Of a stretch of 64,000 nt of DNA, positions 62,751-64,000 are shown in pieces. The notes beneath the pieces were generated by a model. That model was not told the DNA's origin, did not search any database, and worked only from the letters and a program-made list of their open reading frames with translations. This DNA comes from a virus. The DNA lies in the IMG/VR virus record IMGVR_UViG_3300037467_001303, positions 32,001 through 96,000 of that record. One strand, 5' to 3'. Positions within the stretch are counted from its first letter, which is position 1; the number at the start of each line of letters is the position of its first letter. The position numbers and the translations under genes are program-made.

Positions 62751-64000
62751 ATGTCCGACGATACCCAGCCGAACCCGTACGCCCAGTTTGTCGACAAGCC
62801 GGCCGATCCGGCCGCCCAACCGGCCAACCCGTACGCGCAGTTCGCCCAGCAGCCGGCCGGCGCCAATCCGTATGCCCAGTATTCGTACGCGGGCGCGGAC
62901 CAGCAGCCGGTCAAGCAGCGCGGCGCACTCGGCGAGATCGCCAACCAGCTCAAGGCCGGTTTCATTTCCGACCTGCCGAAGATGGCCGGCCAGGCGCTGC
63001 AGTACGCCGTCGAGCCGGGCGACAAGCTGTACGACATCGGCAAGAGTATCGCGGACTACGGCCGTGCCCAGGCCCAGCGCCCGGACCTGCAGCCGCAGGA
63101 AAGCACCCACAACTTCGCCACCAACGCGCTGGCCTCCGGCGCGCGCATGATCCCGCAGTCGATCGTGCCCGCGATGGCGGTCGGCGCGGCGATCGCGCGG
63201 CCCACGTCGGCGCTGCCGATGGTGGCGCGGCTGGGCATCGGCTCGGTGGCCTCGTCGCTGCCGGCCGCCATGAGCCAGGGCCAGGAAACCCTGGACAAGG
63301 CCCATGAAAAGGGCGGCATCCCCGAAGACCAGGCGCGCGAAGCGGCGCGCATCACCGCGTTCGAGGAAGGCGCCGGCGAGTCGATCGGCACCTTCGCGCT
63401 GGGCAAGCTGTTCGGCATCGCCGGGCGCGCGCTCGGCAAGAGCCACGCCGGCACCGCCGCCGAGCAGGCCCTGGAAGGCGCGACCAACACCCAGGTCCTG
63501 AAACCCTGGCTGCGCCAGCTGCCCGAGACGATCGGCGTCGAGGTCGGCACCGAAATGGGCCAGAACGCCTCGGAAGCCGAGACCGAGCGCCGCTACGGCA
63601 TCGACGACCATTCGCCGTGGGACGCGGCCAAGGAAGCGATCGCCCCGACCGTCGGCATGACCCTGCTGCTGGCGCCGTTCGGCCTGGCCGGACACGGCAT
63701 CGACGCCGGCCGCACCAAGCAACGCAACGACATCTTCCAGTCGCCGGACGCCGACCAGCAGCAGCGGACCCAGGTCGCCAACGAGATCGCCAGCCAGATT
63801 GGCGAGGTCGACAAGACCGCCGAGCGCAACTTCCGCGCCAACGTCGCGCGCGCGATCTCGGCCAACGAGCCGCTGCCGATCGACGGCTCGCTGTTCGCCG
63901 ACCCGTCCCAGCCGCGCCAGGCCCCGGCCACCCCGGCCGCAGGCAGCGCGCCCGCCAACCCGGACGACCCGAGCGCAGGCGCCGCCGTCCCGGAGAACCC
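62751..64000 (+). CDS. Large ejection/internal virion protein (runs off the window)
   Basis: Hand translation MSDDTQPNPYAQF...; open to the window end with Ala/Gly-rich hydrophobic segments. Confidence 0.75.
   Translation, partial: MSDDTQPNPYAQFVDKPADPAAQPANPYAQFAQQPAGANPYAQYSYAGADQQPVKQRGALGEIANQLKAGFISDLPKMAGQALQYAVEPGDKLYDIGKSIADYGRAQAQRPDLQPQESTHNFATNALASGARMIPQSIVPAMAVGAAIARPTSALPMVARLGIGSVASSLPAAMSQGQETLDKAHEKGGIPEDQAREAARITAFEEGAGESIGTFALGKLFGIAGRALGKSHAGTAAEQALEGATNTQVLKPWLRQLPETIGVEVGTEMGQNASEAETERRYGIDDHSPWDAAKEAIAPTVGMTLLLAPFGLAGHGIDAGRTKQRNDIFQSPDADQQQRTQVANEIASQIGEVDKTAERNFRANVARAISANEPLPIDGSLFADPSQPRQAPATPAAGSAPANPDDPSAGAAVPEN

Overview
This window (about 68% GC by eye) is a continuous 64-kb stretch of a temperate, probably short-tailed dsDNA phage. 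The host is probably a betaproteobacterium; SSB and a small XRE protein look Oxalobacteraceae-like (inference). It appears to be a phage-plasmid: parA-parB and three copies of a 17-bp parS-like palindrome are present and no integrase is seen. Layout: (1) parBA, thyX and a leftward early recombination operon (NinB, SSB, stand-alone RNAP alpha-CTD, exonuclease); (2) a lambda-like cI/cro switch with visible OL/OR operators and a CI lacking autocleavage residues; (3) Ref-like nuclease, helicase, primase, a structured ~190-nt non-coding element, vWA protein, DUF1064 and a Q-like antiterminator with late promoter; (4) a fibre/decoration cassette; (5) an antisense island of small ORFs with radC, a palindromic operator, three copies of a two-hairpin leader and an Aca-like HTH; (6) terminase; (7) a second antisense island with an HTH-less antitoxin-like protein and a repeated SR[N/R]QREG motif; (8) a lyase-like enzyme on a fibre stalk, a portal with a ~330-aa extension, dNTP pyrophosphohydrolase, DNA methylase, scaffold, capsid, paired GTGTG peptides, a methyltransferase-GT9 fusion, and tail and ejection proteins including a GH73 muramidase. 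No tRNA, rRNA, CRISPR array, IS or lysis cassette was recognised. All calls come from motif recognition by eye; no searches were run.
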